From Bacteroidota bacterium (lineage in GTDB: Bacteria > Bacteroidota > Bacteroidia > AKYH767-A > 2013-40CM-41-45): 64,000 bases of DNA. The stretch lies in NCBI GenBank assembly GCA_046052345.1, contig JBJOMN010000066.1, positions 13,091 through 77,090 on the forward strand. Reading direction: 5' to 3'. Below the pieces are notes generated by a model. The model was given only the letters and a program-made list of their open reading frames with translations, made no database searches and was not told where the DNA came from. Both the position numbers and the translations under genes were made by a program. Of the stretch, positions 63,101 to 64,000 are shown one piece after another (within the stretch, counting starts at the first letter, position 1; each line of letters begins with the position of its first letter).

Positions 63101-64000
63101 CCACCGCATCCGGATTATCGGGAGGGGCGTATACGGTGTTGGTCACAGACGCGGCGGGTTGCACCGTACAGGCGGCGGTCAGTGTATCCAATACGACACC
63201 TGCTACAGCCACCATCACCGCTTCCACCAACGTAAGTTGCGCGGGCGGCAGCAACGGTTCCGCCACTGTCAGTGTTTCAGGAAGCACCGGAGCAGCCCAA
63301 TATGTCTGGTCTCCCTCCGGAGGCACAGGGGCTACAGCAACCGGACTCGATGCAGGAACCTACTCGGTCACTGTAACTGACGGAAGCGGTTGCAACACGG
63401 TGGCTACAGTCACCATTACCGCTCCGCCTCCTCTTACGGCAGCCATTTCAACCGTAACACCGGCTGCCTGTGCCGGAGCAGCAAACGGGTCAGCGACTGC
63501 GCTTGCCGGGGGTGGAACTCCGGGATATACCTACAGTTGGTCAGGTGGTGCAGGAAGTTCAGCTGCCGCATCGAACCTTGCCGCAGGATCCTATACGGTA
63601 ACTGTCACTGACAACCAAGGTTGCACCATGACAGCCACTGCGACAATAACAGCACCGCCGCCGATCACTGCCGCAGTCTCTGCCACGAACGCCACCTGCA
63701 ACGGTTCGGCAAACGGTTCTGCGACGGTCACCCCGTCCGGCGGATCACCCGCCTACACCTACAGCTGGACACCTTCTGGCGGCAGCGGAGCTACAGCAAC
63801 CGGCCTTTCCCCCGGATCCTATTCCGTCACCATCACTGATGCCCACGGATGCACCTTTTCCGCTGCTACCACTATCACGCAGCCTCCGCCTTTGGCAGCA
63901 TCCATCACGCCATCCAATATCCTTTGCTCAGGAGTCAGCAGCGGATCCGTAACCGTTTCCATTGGCGGCGGCACTTCGCCCCTGACCTATGTCTGGTCGC
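60124..64000 (+). CDS. Giant cell-surface SprB-repeat protein (3' end truncated by window): signal peptide, three PPC-like N-terminal domains, at least 10 SprB-type repeats
   Basis: Frame from ATG 60124 (MPWWLPALLLLFSVAAVAQPSNDNPCNA...) is open to the window end, so it is absent from the ORF track. Two approximately 130-aa domains share NDNPCNA..L...GVPAPGCG.Y...DVWF...DGAMAVY.G.CN.L.L..C.DD...PG..VYIR.W. A third is a divergent PPC-like domain. From about 61860 there are at least 10 tandem ~78-aa units C.G..NGSA.V...GGT.PYTY.WSPSGG....A..L..G.Y.VTVTD..GCT (SprB repeat). Confidence 0.85.
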   Translation, partial: MPWWLPALLLLFSVAAVAQPSNDNPCNAIALTVGATCSYTSFNNTNATNTTGVPAPGCGNYQTGDVWFTVTVPAGGAINFDTQIGTMVDGAMAVYTGTCNSLTLLTCDDNSSPNGSMPAIGLTGQTPGTVLYIRMWGRASGQSASFGAFGICVSTPPANDNPCNATPLTISATGCTYIQGSNLNSTSTTGVPAPGCGLYNGQDVWFSATVPSTGSIVFQTQSGTMTDGAMAVYSGGCNALSLVSCNDDAATGGTMPGLTASNLTPGSTVYIRFWSYNNASNGTFQLCGRQNTPLAPTNQDCANAIPICQNVYSNPISYVGTGNVLNEITPGISCLGSGERNDVWYTFTVQQSGNLNFTITPVNMSDDYDWAVYNLTNASCANIATNGALQVSCNYSATPGNTGPTGAGTTNSQPASGVPFNQTIPVTAGQTYVVNVSNYSATADGYTINFGASSAVIFDNIPPQMTGLTSATTCGSSQLTFNFSENILCSTIQNGDFTLTGPGGPYTITGWSAAGCANGGTYGRSVTVTISPAIRTSGSFSFCLGNAAGSVTDLCGNVAPPACFTFTIAPITLTTSTVNPACNGGATGSVTVSPTTGVSPYTYVWSPNIGNTSTVNNVAAGTYSVTVTDANGCTATQSVTVTNPPPMTTTASVTSPPCANQTGTATASPNGGTSPYTYSWSPSGGTGASATGLAAGSYTVTVTDSRGCTATAAVTVTAPAPFTASVTATTNPRCSGATNGSATVSASAGAPTPVTYAWAPSGGTGATANNLGAGTYTVTVTNGNGCTATTTVTLTAPPAITPSITAFPATCNGTATGSLTVAATGGTTPYTFAWSPSGGTSSTANNLAAGNYTVTITDANGCTARVGGVVSQPPAVNGTTSSVPVTCNGLSNGSASVVASGGTAPFTYNWLPSGGTGSTANNLSGGTYTVTITDARGCTATRTVTVAQPSPITYTSTSTTATCGLSDGSAQINVLGGTGPYQYDWSPSGGSASTASGLSGGAYTVLVTDAAGCTVQAAVSVSNTTPATATITASTNVSCAGGSNGSATVSVSGSTGAAQYVWSPSGGTGATATGLDAGTYSVTVTDGSGCNTVATVTITAPPPLTAAISTVTPAACAGAANGSATALAGGGTPGYTYSWSGGAGSSAAASNLAAGSYTVTVTDNQGCTMTATATITAPPPITAAVSATNATCNGSANGSATVTPSGGSPAYTYSWTPSGGSGATATGLSPGSYSVTITDAHGCTFSAATTITQPPPLAASITPSNILCSGVSSGSVTVSIGGGTSPLTYVWS
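61860..64000 (+). repeat. Tandem coding repeats (about 231-237 bp period) encoding SprB-type repeats
   Basis: Recurrent DNA and protein units. They generate many spurious overlapping ORFs on both strands in the track (62214-63839). Confidence 0.8.

Noticed and set aside
60154-63839. Numerous overlapping ORFs on both strands (411 aa minus-strand, 130 aa, and others) and a periodic DNA repeat that might suggest a CRISPR array
   Set aside because: The periodicity (about 234 bp) is coding and belongs to the SprB-repeat protein in frame from 60124. The repeats are imperfect and protein-constrained, with no spacer-repeat architecture and no cas genes. The other ORFs are repeat-driven artefacts.

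Overview
This 64-kb window is a high-GC Bacteroidota-type chromosomal segment. Protein signatures throughout are typical of Bacteroidetes (PorX-like regulator, T9SS sorting domain, SprB repeats, DUF1573, DUF3467). No mobile elements, CRISPR arrays or rRNA genes were found.

About 13.5 kb in the middle is the conserved minus-strand translation/transcription string: promoter, tRNA-Thr(TGT), tRNA-Tyr, tRNA-Gly, tRNA-Thr(GGT), tuf, tRNA-Trp, secE, nusG, rplK, rplA, rplJ, rplL, rpoB, rpoC, DUF3467 gene. It is flanked by housekeeping genes (lpxC-fabZ, lpxD, gap, lipA, ung, hemE, purB, mdh, mqnA).

Accessory or less ordinary content:
- A PorX-like CheY-PglZ response regulator followed by two tandem DUF1573 secreted paralogs.
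- A TetR-controlled TolC/adaptor/RND efflux operon followed by a MacAB-like adaptor/FtsX-permease/ATPase triad.
- A secreted zincin-type metalloprotease with a T9SS C-terminal sorting domain.
- A four-gene TonB-dependent-receptor locus: receptor, two small prealbumin-like lipoproteins, and a lipoprotein fusing a PSCyt1-like (cytochrome-c-like, CX4CH) domain to a YVTN beta-propeller. This is the best candidate for an uncharacterised system in the window.
- At the 3' end, a giant SprB-repeat cell-surface protein, truncated by the window end. It has three N-terminal PPC-like domains and at least 10 tandem ~78-aa repeats, and is preceded by a 300-bp AT-rich island and a small secreted protein.

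Several small features missing from the ORF track are also reported: the truncated lpxC-fabZ at the 5' edge, a 56-aa basic ORF, a 44-aa lipopeptide ORF, Bacteroidetes-type TTTG/TAnnTTTG promoters, hairpins in tRNA spacers and in the rplL-rpoB spacer, and a TetR operator-like inverted repeat.
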